Of a DNA stretch of 64,000 bases, positions 1-14,082 are shown one piece after another. Origin of the DNA: Pecten maximus. Lineage: Eukaryota. The notes under the pieces were generated by a model. It worked only from the letters and a program-made list of their open reading frames with translations, was not told where the DNA came from and ran no database searches. Both the position numbers and the translations under genes were made by a program. The stretch's first letter is position 1, and each line of letters begins with the position of its first letter. The stretch lies in assembly GCF_902652985.1 (NCBI RefSeq), contig NC_047019.1, positions 30,504,001-30,568,000 on the forward strand. The letters run 5' to 3'.

Positions 1-324
1 CTAATTTCTATTCATTTATTCAACCTGAGAGTCTTTTTCCTGAAAACTTGGTGTTATTTTCACACATGAATATTTAAAGATTCAATACCTAAACAAAAGA
101 CAAGTTATGATCCTTATTTTTGATGAACTTATTGTCCTATATGCAGCTATTGGAGTTTCCATGATAGAAAATTTCAGTCCTTGACCTCTAAATGACCTTG
201 ACAGCATCATCGATCTAGTGTCTGGATCTTCATTCTACCAATTGTTCCTAAATTGTAAAGCATTGTGTAGGGCATTATGAAATAGCCGCTCAAGGAGTCG
301 GGCAGTCAATGATCACGACTGTTT
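1..324 (+). mobile_element. Possible 3' part of a Helentron-like non-autonomous element (cut by window edge)
   Basis: CTTGACC/TGACCTTGA motifs resembling the central repeats of the HINE at 19.2-20.0 kb; ends in stem-loop CAGTC-9nt-GACTG (303-321) followed by TTT. Confidence 0.3.
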
Positions 325-813
325 ATGGTTGTAGCAAAATTATGTATCAATTTCAGTAAATCATAGAAAACACAATGTATGAATGCGGTTAAAGTCCTAA
401 TTCAGACTCGTTCCCTTCCGCAAGGTTATACTGACAACTATTTATCATTCCATACACATACGAGGGATACCCATATATAATACTCGCAATGTTACTTCGT
501 GGTTATTTCTTTCCATAAATGGTATAATCCACAATGAGATATTGGCCGTCAGAGAAATATTGCGGAGGAACGAGACGAGGGCAAATTGGAAGTAGATGGG
601 GAAGAGTTTTGAGATAACATGGCCCCCTGACACAGGTGGCATATCTGTTATTCACAATGCATGCATTTATACGACATTTCAAATTACTGTAGTATTACTC
701 TCTTACGATTCTTTAAATTATGTGAAATCAATAGGGCTAAACAATCCATCTTCTAAGTTGTAGTGGTGTTTTCATTCTTTTGTGCATGCTACATGTATTC
801 CAATTAACGCATA

Positions 814-1875
814 CCTTACTGGATCAACAAAATTATACTGATCAATAGAAATCTTACTGGATCAATAAAATTATACTGATCAACAGAAACCTTACTCGAT
901 CAACAAAATTATACTGATCAACAGAAACCTTACTCGATCAACAAAATTATACTGATCAACAGAAACCTTACTGGATCAACAAAATTATACCGATCAACAG
1001 AAACCTTACTGGATCAACAAAATTATACTGATCAACAGAAACCTTACTGGATCAACAAAATTATACCAATCAACAGAAACCTTACTGGATCAACAAAATT
1101 ATACCAATCAACAGAAACCTTACTGGATCTACAAAATTATACTGATCAACAGAAACCTTACTGGATCTACAAAATTATACCAATCAACAGAAACCTTACT
1201 GGATCAACAAAATTATACTGATCAACAGAAACCTTACTGGATCAACAAAATTATACCAATCAACAGAAACCTTACTGGATCAATAAAATTATACTGATCA
1301 ATAGAAACCTTACTGGATCAACAAAATTATACTGATCAGCAGAAACCTTACTGGATCAACAAAATTATACCAATCAACAGAAACCTTACTGGATCAACAA
1401 ATTATACCAATCAACAGAAACCTTACTGGATCTACAAAATTATACTGATCAACAGAAACCTTACTGGATCAACAAAATTATACCAATCAACAGAAACCTT
1501 ACTGGATCTACAAAATTATACTGATCAACAGAAACCTTACTGGATCAACAAAATTATACTGATCAACAGAAACCTTACTGGATCAACAAAATTATACCAA
1601 TCAACAGAAACCTTACTGGATCTACAAAATTATACTGATCAACAGAAACCTTACTGGATCAACAAAATTATACTGATCAACAGAAACCTTACTGGATCAA
1701 CAAAATTATACTGATCAACAGAAACCTTACTGGATCGACAAAATTATACCAATCAACAGAAACCTTAATGGATCAACAAAATTATACCGATCAACAGAAA
1801 CCTTACTGGATCAACAAAATTATACTGATCAACAGAAACCTTACTGGATCAACAAAATTATACCAATCAACAGAT
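814..1875. repeat. 38-bp minisatellite, ~28 copies (CTTACTGGATCAACAAAATTATACTGATCAACAGAAAC)
   Basis: Visible tandem array; the unit is a diverged dimer of ~19-mers sharing TACTG(G)ATCAACA. Confidence 0.97.
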
Positions 1876-2075
1876 ACTTTGCATAGATTTGTGTATGCTG
1901 TATTATTTAAATTGTTCTCTACTTTTTTATATCAATGGTCCAAAATGGCAATACCACATGTAAATGATGTCACCACCGTTACTTTGATCCCTCAATGGGA
2001 GTCCTAGAAGGACGAAACACTGCTCTATGGTGAAGCTCCATTTTTTTAGCTCTTTATTCGACCTAACTTTCAATT

Positions 2076-2262
2076 TATATGCATAAAAACGGTGAGCCCA
2101 ACACGGAAATTCATTCAATGGTCCAATCTATTGGAGAGCGTTGTTTACATGTTTCAGCTATAGGGTAGCCATCATCAGAACCTGTAGATGTAAACAACGC
2201 TCTCCAATAAATCGGACCATTGAATGAATCTCTGTGTTTGGCTCACCGTTTTTATACATATA
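2076..2262. repeat. Long inverted repeat: 75-bp arms (2076-2150, 2188-2262), 37-nt loop
   Basis: Reverse complement of the right arm matches the left arm at 69/75 positions, no gaps. Confidence 0.95.
2143..2181 (-). ncRNA. Minimal type I hammerhead ribozyme motif (Penelope-like-element style)
   Basis: Minus strand: GUU-CUGAUGA-U-GGCUA-CCCUA-UAGCU-GAAAC-AU-GU-A-AAC. Full core, 5-bp stem II, palindromic stem III (ACAUGU), GUA triplet, only 3-bp stem I. Confidence 0.7.
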
Positions 2263-2829
2263 TTACCTGGATTTTTTGGTGAGACCTCCTGTATACACCT
2301 GTATCCACGGTAGATTAGTCTGGATCACTACGATTCTTTACCTTTCGTGTCTCCATCCCCCCTTCCGTACTGATTTAACTTTTAATTTGATTTAAAACAT
2401 GCTAATATCTTGTGTTTCATTTGTTCAATCATTTGATGACATCACCAATTTAAAATGATGATATTATTAATTCATTTTAAACTAATGATATTATTAATTC
2501 ATTTTAAACTAATGTAAAGATACTTTCCTGCATACTTAAATTTTAGAGCATTAATTATGATATTTCAACAGCCATGGTAAATTTCGACAGCTACAATAAG
2601 AAAATAATATAAAGACAGAGTCAATCTTGATGCACACCGCTGTATGGTATGTTGCTCTTCTCTATACTTTTCGCCTTTTTCCTCTTAAGATTATTAAATC
2701 ATTTGTTATTCACAAAAAATTCCTTTACTTTTCTTTTTTCGGATCAGTCTGAAAACTTAAGATACAAAACTACAGACAAACAAGAACCTACAAATACATT
2801 TCAAGAAGAGTTTAAAGATTAACACAGAA

Positions 2830-3375
2830 ACATCTTCAACTGTTAAAATACAAGATGATCATCTGTCATCTGTCAGCCATTATTTTCTTTATTCCATCGC
2901 AATTAGGAGATAAAGGAAAATGTACCTTGGTAAGAAGTTCCACAGAGGCCTTTCAGAGAAATAGCATTAATAAAGCAAAAATTGTAGATAGTCACCTGTT
3001 GGATCAGTCTAAAATTTGATAATGTACAACAAGGATTCAAGGGAATTATCACATATACGAAATCAGGGAAATATGCATTAGATATAGTTTCTACAAAATA
3101 GCATCTAAATTTCCTGATCAGTCTCAGAATTGATCATGCCTAACTATAGGAACAAGTGGTAACATAATTATGAATATGAGAAATCTATGAAATACTTACT
3201 GAGACAAGTAATTAAGCATCAACTGCCAAATTCGAAATGGCCATTTGTCAGCTATTTTGTTTTACGATTGTTTTAGAGTCCATTAAGGGGCACCTGCATA
3301 TGCAATTTAAGAAAGATCTATAATGTACATTCTGAGAAACAGCAACAGCAATCCTCAACTGTCACAATCATAAAA
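2830..3375. mobile_element. Degenerate interspersed element with diverged internal repeats
   Basis: Recurrent TCAACTG..AAAT..AA.ATGGCCAT.TGTCAGC.ATT-like motif at ~2836, ~3218 and partially ~3356; termini not identifiable. Confidence 0.3.
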
Positions 3376-3665
3376 TAGAGATCAAGACTAAACACAATAA
3401 CCCCAGCCATAATTCAGCTCAATTATTTCAGGCAAAAAGTGTTTGATAAGAATACTGCAGTTTAACATACAGTAGAGCATGTCAGAGACTGGTATCTATT
3501 TTTATATATATTTTAGTAATTTATGGTAAGTTGAAAGTTCTTGAGAAGGAATCAGGATACAGTGACCTACTTTATTTTCAGTGAAGTATTCAGGAAATTG
3601 TGAAAATGAATATTTTAATGAATTGAGTTATGTATTTCACAGTGAGAATAAGATGTAATGTTGCC

Positions 3666-3796
3666 ATTTGTGTGATATTGAATGGTGTACTTAATTTGGG
3701 TGATATTGAATATTGTACTTAATTTGGGTGATATTGAATGTTGTACTTAATTTGGGTGATATTGATTGTTGTACTTAAATTGTGTGATATTGAATT
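3666..3796. repeat. 28-bp minisatellite, ~4.5 copies (GTGATATTGAATGTTGTACTTAATTTGG)
   Basis: Visible, period 28. Confidence 0.9.
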
Positions 3797-5852
3797 TTAC
3801 AGTGTTGAATATGAGTGAAAAAGAAGTGGGTAATGACTGTAAATGATAGTGGGTTTTTTTACAATGTAACTGTGACTTAATGAATTATGCAATGGATAAA
3901 TGCTGAAGCAGCTTGAAGACTCACAAGTATGCAGGACATGTTATGTATGATTCTAGTGCAAAGAAAAGTCTCAAATAAAAACTATTAAAACTTAGAACCT
4001 GTGATTTCAACACATTAATCAGATTTAGTGAAATACAAAGGAGCTTCAAAATTGTTTCGTCATGTTTCCAAGCAAATATATATGTTAAATTCTTAAATAA
4101 ATAATGTTATCCTGTGAAAAATGTCTGACAGATGCAAAGCAAAGAATGTAGTTTTCTAGAAACCCCATGACACTTACGATCTAGTACTGCTGGTAGAATT
4201 TCACACCGTACACTATTTATTGAGCTGAAAAATTGACATTATATATCCGCACAACGTAAAACTGCAGCTTGATTTTGCAAATACTCAACATTGTATTATT
4301 GGTGTAGGTGGGAACAATGTGTTTAAAGCTATTTGTTTTATTGACGAGAGGAACCAGATTATTGATAGTAATCACATGTGCGTGCAATGCTAAAGAAATA
4401 TTAACAGAGCAAACAACAGCCATGTATAGACTACATGGGAAAATAAAAATATGCATGGAATTCCCAACAGAAAATCACTGTTATTGGAAATTGCAGAAAC
4501 ATCAGATTTACTGCAGAAAGTGCTTGCAATTATTATGGCAAATCAATATCAATTAAAAACTCCCAATAGATACTCTGGCTATTCAATTAACATACCCTTC
4601 GTTTGGTGTTGCTGTAATATATACCCCAGCAACTCAATTAACACTCGCCCTGGTGTCCATTTGAGGGTGTATATATGATTATCGAGCCTGTATAATTTAC
4701 ATGAACAGTCTAAATATACACAGTTTTCAAGAACAAAAACAAATCATTTGTTACCAGTTTTCACATAGCAGCTGACTGTAGGAATGCTTCATGTATCACA
4801 ATGAATCCTCAAAAGACTTTGGTCACACCGTTTAACTCACAGCGTCTCTCTCATCTCTCTGGACTCCTCATGGCCTTATGTCCTAGTTTTCAAACTGACA
4901 CTTCATCAACGAAGACATGTATACATTGTACCTCAGTTCATCCTAACCTGAAGTACCTTACGACCAGAAGATTCTAGTGGCTGCATACTTTGTAAAACGG
5001 ATGGTAAACATACCAAGCTGTCAACATAGGTCTGTCACACACTAAGGCCACAGTGGCTGTAATACATGTATTTTACACAAACACTATTTTAATATGTCTC
5101 CAGACAAAGATTATTGGCATCTCATCAGATGTGACACAGCATCTGATTCAGAACCACAAAATATCAATCAATAATGTAGCAAAAAATGTTACATAGAAAA
5201 TCCACTGACCTTTGACATAGCCTCCACAGACCATCTGTGACAGGGAGAGCTACACTACAGTGGTCCTATAGCTAGGCCACATAACAGTTAGCACACAGAC
5301 CAATCACTAGGTAACTCTTTATATCCACAACTGGCAGTCACAGGCTTGGTGCATCCTTTCATCCTGCACTTTCATCTTTTTTGATTTCTCATCATGGTGC
5401 TACAAAAGGAGTGCAAAGCCATGGTTGACGACTTTAGAGTATTTCCAGTACTGGAGTATGTGGGGGCTCTGTGTACACTGACTGGATCCAGCCTCTCTCA
5501 TACACACCACGATCCTCACTGGTTATATTTTAACAGTATAATCAATGGAGAGCCAAGTCAATGGAAACCTACAGGAAACCCTAGCCTGATACATGTATGT
5601 AAAGACATGCTGTAGATGCTTATCTCTCCACCAGCTTACAATCCTACGTTAGTACTACAGACTACAGGTTTGCTGTGATTGGCTGTTTACCACCAGGACA
5701 CCCTCAAGGACAGACATCAACAAAGATTACAGGCAACAAGACAGACATCACAGGTGATTGGCCTCTCAGCAATAGATACATGTACACAGATACTTCACAG
5801 GATAGACACCTACTTGGACAGATAGAACAGGAGAGTAGCCACAGGCGTATAG

Positions 5853-8037
5853 CCACACGGACAGACAGTACAGGACAGTAGATACAGGAGTGTAGACACG
5901 AGGACAGACAGTACAGGACAGTAGATACAGGAGTGTGGACACAAGGACAGACAGTACAGGACAGTAGATACAGGAGTGTAGACACGAGGACAGACAGTAC
6001 AGGACAGTAGATACAGGAGTGTAGACACAAGGACAGACAGTACAGGACAGTAGATACAGGAGTGTGGACACAAGGACAGACAGTACAGGACAGTAGATAC
6101 AGGAGTGTAGACACAAGGACAGACAGTACAGGACAGTAGATAGAGGAATGTGGACACAAGGACAGACAGTACAGGACAGTAGATACAGGAGTGTGGACAC
6201 AAGGACAGACAGTACAGGACAGTAGATACAGGAGTGTAGACACAAGGACAGACAGTACAGGACAGTAGATACAGGAGTGTGGACACAAGGACAGACAGTA
6301 CAGGACAGTAGATACAGGAGTGTAGACACAAGGACAGACAGTACAGGACAGTAGATACAGGAGTGTGGACACAAGGACAGACAGTACAGGACAGTAGATA
6401 CAGGAGTGTAGACACAAGGACAGACAGTACAGGACAGTAGATACAGGAGTGTGGACACAAGGACAGACAGTACAGGACAGTAGATACAGGAGTGTAGACA
6501 CAAGGACAGACAGTACAGGACAGTAGATACAGGAGTGTGGACACAAGGACAGACAGTACAGGACAGTAGATACAGGAGTGTAGACACAAGGACAGACAGT
6601 ACAGGACAGTAGATACAGGAGTGTAGACACAAGGACAGACAGTACAGGACAGTAGATACAGGAGTGTAGACACAAGGACAGACAGTACAGGACAGTAGAT
6701 ACAGGAGTGTAGACACAAGGACAGACAGTACAGGACAGTAGATACAGGAGTGTAGACACAAGGACAGACAGTACAGGACAGTAGATACAGGAGTGTAGAC
6801 ACAAGGACAGACAGTACAGGACAGTAGATACAGGAGTGTAGACACAAGGACAGACAGTACAGGACAGTAGATACAGGAGTGTGGACACAAGGACAGACAG
6901 TACAGGACAGTAGATACAGGAGTGTGGACACAAGGACAGACAGTACAGGACAGTAGATACAGGAGTGTGGACACAAGGACAGACAGTACAGGACAGTAGA
7001 TACAGGAGTGTGGACACAAGGACAGACAGTACAGGACAGTAGATACAGGATTGTAGACACAAGGACAGACAGTACAGGACAGTAGATACAGGAGTGTAGA
7101 CACAAGGACAGACAGTACAGGACAGTAGATACAGGAGTGTGGACACAAGGACAGACAGTACAGGACAGTAGATACAGGAGTGTGGACACAAGGACAGACA
7201 GTACAGGACAGTAGATACAGGAGTGTAGACACAAGGACAGACAGTACAGGACAGTAGATACAGGAGTGTGGACACAAGGACAGACAGTACAGGACAGTAG
7301 ATACAGGAGTGTGGACACAAGGACAGACAGTACAGGACAGTAGATACAGGAGTGTGGACACAAGGACAGACAGTACAGGACAGTAGATACAGGAGTGTGG
7401 ACACAAGGACAGACAGTACAGGACAGTAGATACAGGAGTGTGGACACAAGGACAGACAGTACAGGACAGTAGATACAGGAGTGTGGACACAAGGACAGAC
7501 AGTACAGGACAGTAGATACAGGAGTGTAGACACAAGGACAGACAGTACAGGACAGTAGATACAGGAGTGTAGACACAAGGACAGACAGTACAGGACAGTA
7601 GATACAGGAGTGTGGACACAAGGACAGACAGTACAGGACAGTAGATACAGGAGTGTAGACACAAGGACAGACAGTACAGGACAGTAGATACAGGAGTGTA
7701 GACACAAGGACAGACAGTACAGGACAGTAGATACAGGAGTGTAGACACAAGGACAGACAGTACAGGACAGTAGATACAGGAGTGTGGACACAAGGACAGA
7801 CAGTACAGGACAGTAGATACAGGAGTGTAGACACAAGGACAGACAGTACAGGACAGTAGATACAGGAGTGTGGACACAAGGACATACAGTACATGACAGT
7901 AGATACAGGAGTGTAGACACAAGGACAGACAGTACAGGACAGTAGATACAGGAGTGTGGACACAAGGACAGACAGTACAGGACAGTAGATACAGGAGTGT
8001 GGACACAAGGACAGACAGTACAGGACAGTAGATACAG
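5853..8037. repeat. 43-bp minisatellite, ~51 copies (ACACAAGGACAGACAGTACAGGACAGTAGATACAGGAGTGTRG)
   Basis: Near-perfect array with one common A/G dimorphic site; source of three stop-free minus-strand pseudo-ORFs. Confidence 0.98.
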
Positions 8038-8046
8038 AAACATTTA

Positions 8047-10110
8047 CAAACATCACAGGAGATTAGACATATGGACAGACATCACAGGAGATCAGACACA
8101 TTGACAAACATCACAGGAGATCAGACACATTGACAAACATCACTGGAGATCAGAAACATTGACAAATGTCATAGGTGATCAGACACATTGACAAACATCA
8201 CTGGAGATTAGACATATGGACAGACATCACAGGAGATCAGACACATTGACAAACATCACAGGAGATTAGACACATGGACAAACATCACAGGAGATCAGAC
8301 ACATTGACAAACATCACAGGAGATTAGACACATGGACAAACATCACAGGAGATCAGACACATTGACAAACATCACAGGAGATCAGACACATTGACAAACA
8401 TCACTGGAGATCAGAAACATTGACAAATGTCACAGGAGATCAGACATATTGACAAATGTCACAGGAGATCAGATACATGGACAAACTTCACAGGAGATCA
8501 GACACATTAACAAACATCACAGGAGATCAGACACATTGACAAACTTCACAGGAGATCAGATACATAGACAAACGTCACAGGAGATCAGACACATGGACAA
8601 ACGTCACAGGAGATTAGGCACATTGACAAACGTCACAGGAGATCAGACACATTGACAAACATCACAGGAGATCAGATACATGGACAAACATCACAGGAGA
8701 TCAGACACATTGACAAACATCACAGGAGATCAGACACATTGACAAACATCACAGGAGATCAGATACATGGACAAACATCACAGGAGATCAGATACATGGA
8801 CAAACATCACAGGAGATCAGACACATTGACAAACATAACAGGAGATCAGATACATGGACAAACATCACAGGAGATCAGATACATTGACAAACGTCACTGG
8901 AGATCAGATACATAGACAAACGTCACAGGAGATCAGACACATTGACAAACGTCACAGGAGATCAGACACATTAACAAACATCACAGGAGATCAGACATAT
9001 TGACAAACATCACAGGAGATCAGACACATTGACAAACATCACAGGAGATCAGAAACATTGACAAACATCACAGGAGATCAGACATATTGACAAACATCAC
9101 AGGAGATCAGAAACATTGACAAACATCACAGGAGATCAGACACATTGACAAACATCACAGGAGATCAGAAACATTGACAAACATCACAGGAGATCAGACA
9201 CATTGACAAACATCACAGGAGATCAGATACATGGACAAACATCACAGGAGATCAGACACATTAACAAACATCACAGGAGATCAGATACATAGACAAACAT
9301 CACAGGAGATCAGACATATTGACAAATGTCACAGGAGATCAGATACATGGACAAACGTCACAGGAGATCAGACACATGGACAAACGTCACAGGAGATCAG
9401 ACACATTGACAAACATCACAGGAGATCAGATACATGGACAAACGTCACAGGAGATCAGACACATGGACAAACGTCACAGGAGATCAGATACATGGACAAA
9501 CATCACAGGAGATCAGATACATGGACAAACATCACAGGAGATCAGACACATGGACAAACGTCACAGGAGATCAGATACATGGACAAACATCACTGGAGAT
9601 CAGACACATGGACAAACATCACAGGAGATCAGACACATTGACAAACATCACTGGAGATCAGACACATTGACAAACTTCACAGGAGATCAGACACATTGAC
9701 AAACATCACTGGAGATCAGACACATTGACAAACATCACTGGAGATCAGACACATTGACAAACATCACTGGAGATCAGACACATTGACAAACATAACAGGA
9801 GATCAGACACATTGACAAACATAACAGGAGATCAGACACATTGACAAACATCACAGGAGATCAGATACATGGACAAACATCACAGGAGATCAGACACATT
9901 GACAAACATCACAGGAGATCAGACACATTGACAAACATCACAGGAGATCAGACACATTGACAAACATAACAGGAGATCAGACACATTGACAAACATCACA
10001 GGAGATCAGACACATTGACAAACATCACTGGAGATCAGACACATTGACAAACGTCACAGGAGATCAGACACATTGACAAACATCATAGGAGATCAGACAT
10101 ATTGACAAAC
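8047..10110. repeat. 29-bp minisatellite, ~70 copies (GACAAACATCACAGGAGATCAGACACATT)
   Basis: Visible; abuts the 43-bp array. Confidence 0.98.
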
Positions 10111-12760
10111 ACGTGTCACAGAAGAGTAGATACATGTTTAAAGAATATTATATTAAGACAGATAGACAGTAATTGGACATGCCACAGGAAAGCAGACACA
10201 TTGACAGACACCAAAGAGATAAGACACTATAGTTAGACACCATACTAGAAGACATATCAGTATGAAGAAATAACCATTTCCACCACATAAAACACTTAGT
10301 AGTAGTATACTGCCTCACTACCAGTATATGTTACAGACATCTATGTCTGCTCCTAAACTATCCCTGTTCTCTCATCATAACAGGGCCGTGTTTGTACGCT
10401 ACAACCTCTATTTTCACAGCATCTCAATAATCCTCTTCTGAATATATTCTTTGTTTTTTTTTTTTCTTTTGTCTAAATGTTCACATGGTGGCAAACCAGT
10501 ACAGCATTCATTGACAAAAATGTGCCCAGTGATTTGTACATGTTGATACTACACCAATGTGCTGTCCTGTGTGGTATTATCAGTATATGTATCCCTGTGT
10601 GACTGTCTGTATCCTAGAACTAATCTCACTTTCCTAAATGTTTAAAACTAGAACATCATCCTACAGTCTGTTTGAAGCCCCAGGCTGATGATGGTGCGAT
10701 AATGACTAATTGTCTGGCCATAGCCTCACATTCTCTCTGTCGAGCTTTAAAGTTCAGGAGACATATTTCATCTTCCCTGTACTCTCCTCATAGTCCTTAT
10801 AAATTCCTCATCTCAAAATGGCATAAAGAGAACATTTTTATGATTTCAAAAAAAAGGAGAAACATATTTTTTTACAGACATGCTCTTCAGTAACCATCCA
10901 ATGGTATCTTTAGTGCCTCCCAATGTGTTAAATAGTGAAATAATTTATTAACTTCACCACACCATTTTACAGAGAAATTGAGTCATACCTGTATTTTGAA
11001 GAAGTCAATGAAGCAGTCTAATTGCTTTAATTGATCTTTGATGACATGGGTGGTCTCATTAGCAAGGTCAAGGTAATCTCTCAAGGTCAAGGTGGACTTT
11101 ATTTTGACTGTTCTACCAATATCAAAAGACTCTTCAAACTTATTAAAAAATAAAAGACATATTAAGTCACTTTCAATACATTGAAAAAGGGAACATTTAC
11201 TTCCTTTAAGTTATTTCAAGCAAATTCAAAAGATAACTGCTATAACCACTTATACTTCACATGGGATTTATTTTTGTGTTTATATGCGAGGAGAGTTAAT
11301 TACCTTTGGTATTCACGATTATTGGTATGGAAATAACAAATCTGGATGGTAGTTAGCTATAGATTACAAATATGGGAGTCTTGCAGAATCCACAACTCTT
11401 AATGGTCATTGTTCGTGAATTTAAAGTAATTTCTAGATTAGCGCTCACAAAATAATGTATGCGTGAATATATCTGAAGAGGTATGTTCGGGAAGTAAAAT
11501 TTTCATGTAATATATGTGATTTACAGAATTTTTACTTTAACTAATACATCTTCACTTGAGCTGTTTTCATATATAACACAATCAAAGTTGAGTTTTTTTT
11601 CACCTCTGTTCAAAAGTAAGCTCTTCACTTTCAACTTCTAAAACATTCCAAATTGCTATTTTCTCATCTAACACATTCAAAATTGAGCTATTTTCTCTTC
11701 TAATACAATCGAAAATGAAGTTCCCCTGAAGTAACTATCAACACACTAACAGGTGAACTATTTCCACTAGTCCCTCTGTTCTATATAATTACACTAGTTC
11801 CCGTGTTGCATTCATTAATTGTTGATGGACACATATTGCAAATTTATTATGCAGTGAGTCAGTTGTAGTATTCATCTTGCTAATAGTTTTTATTATTTTC
11901 AAAATCTTGTTAGAAATTGGGCTTCTTCCTGATCATGTCTGAAACCAAGAGATTTTGACATCTGTGACCTAACGGACTGTAATCCCAGCATTATACACCA
12001 TGTGTACACATATTCCGTGTAAAGGAGCAACGAGAAGCTGGATCGTCCCCTACAATGAGATTTACTAAATGGTTTAGTGGACAGATCAGTATTTAGTGTG
12101 GAGGTAAATAGAGTTGTCTGCATTGAGAAATGATCCAAATGACATTGTACAGTCTTGTAGACAACATTATAAACATTACGGACTGGGGCCACAGTGAATA
12201 CAGACCTTGATGAACTCCTTTAATTTGATTTTGACCAATACAAAGTGGAGGTTAATAAAAATATACAGGCCTATAAATCTTCATATCCCCCGCAATAATG
12301 GCTGATGAGAATGTTTACTATTTAGTCATCAAGATACAAAGAAGCTGTGTTATCTATGAGAGGGATCAAAGTTCAGATGTACCCACGATATAATTACAAT
12401 TTTAAGCAGTTAACATAGAAAGATATGTTCAAATCAATAAAGCAATTACACTTTGGTCACTGACATAACCATCAACCTCTCAACATGACAATTTTTAAAC
12501 TGGTTACATACTTAGTCCTATTTCACGTACAAAACACAACTGTAGCCTGTCTGACATAATACACTTTAAACCAAGCATAAGACTCCGATAATTGACCAGT
12601 TTCAGTTGAAACTATTACAACATAAACCAACATTACTATAAATAAACTGCTGGATCGTCTCCCAATACATCAGGTTTTACGACCTCCTGTTTTGTAGTCG
12701 GTTACAAGTGTCTTTGTATGACTGTATATGCTGGTGTAGAGTTGAAATAGTTGTTATAAA

Positions 12761-14082
12761 CAGGAACAGGGGGTATCACACAGGAGTATCACCACCCAAC
12801 ATGTACAGTAACAGGGACTATCACCACCCAGCAGTAACAGGGGGTATCACACAGGAATATCACCACCCAACAGTAACAGGGGGTATCACCACCCAACAGT
12901 AACAGGGGGTATCACCACCCAACAGTAACAGGGACTATCACCACCCAACAGTAACAGGGACTATCACCACCCAACAGTAACAGAGGGTATCACCACCCAA
13001 CAGTAACAGGGACTATCACCACCCAATAGTAACAGGGACTATCACCACCCAACAGTAACAGGGACTATCACCACCCAACAGTAACAGGGACTATCACCAC
13101 CCAACAGTAACAGGGGGTATCACCACCCAACAGTAACAGGGACTATCACCACCCAACAGTAACAGGGACTATCACCACCCAACAGTAACAGGGACTATCA
13201 CCACCCAACAGTAACAGGGACTATCACCACCCAACAGTAACAGGGGGTATCACCACCCAACAGTAACAGGGACTATCACCACCCAACAGTAACAGGGACT
13301 ATCACCACCCAACAGTAACAGGGACTATCACCACCCAACAGTAACAGGGACTATCACCACCCAACAGTAACAGGGAGTATCACCACCCAACAGTAACAGG
13401 GACTATCACCACCCAACAGTAACAGGGACTATCACCACCCAACAGTAACAGGGACTATCACCACCCAACAGTAACAGGGACTATCACCACCCAACAATAA
13501 CAGGGACTATCACCACCCAACAGTAACAGGGACTATCACCACCCAACAGTAACAGGGACTATCACCACCCAACAGTAACAGGGGGTATCACCACCCAACA
13601 GTAACAGGGACTATCACCACCCAACAGTAACAGGGACTATCACCACCCAACAGTAACAGGGACTATCACCACCCAACAGTTACAGGGACTATCACCACCC
13701 AACAGTAACAGGGACTATCACCACCCAACAGTAACAGGGACTATCACCACCCAACAGTAACAGGGACTATCACCACCCAACAGTAACAGGGACTATCACC
13801 ACCCAACAGTAACAGGGGGTATCACCACCCAACAGTAACAGGGACTATCACCAACCAACAGTAACAGGGACTATCACCACCCAACAGTAACAGGGACTAT
13901 CACCACCCAACAGTAACAGGGACTATCACCACCCAACAGTAACAGGGACTATCACCACCCAACAGTAACAGGGACTATCACCACCCAACAGTAACAGGGA
14001 CTATCACCACCCAACAGTAACAGGGGGTATCACCACCCAACAGTAACAGGGAGTATCAAACAGGAGTTGACACCACCCAACA
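12761..14082. repeat. 26-bp minisatellite, ~48 copies (CAGTAACAGGGACTATCACCACCCAA)
   Basis: Visible; GGGAC/GGGGG unit variants. Confidence 0.98.

Noticed and set aside
4840-4875. Weak similarity to the hammerhead unit (TCATCTCTCTGGACTCCTCA)
   Set aside because: CUGANGA and GAAA are both broken, no stems I/III; low-complexity match.
5704-8056. 746-779 aa Cys-rich minus-strand ORFs
   Set aside because: The same peptide appears in all three frames because the 43-bp unit lacks stops; no unique coding termini.
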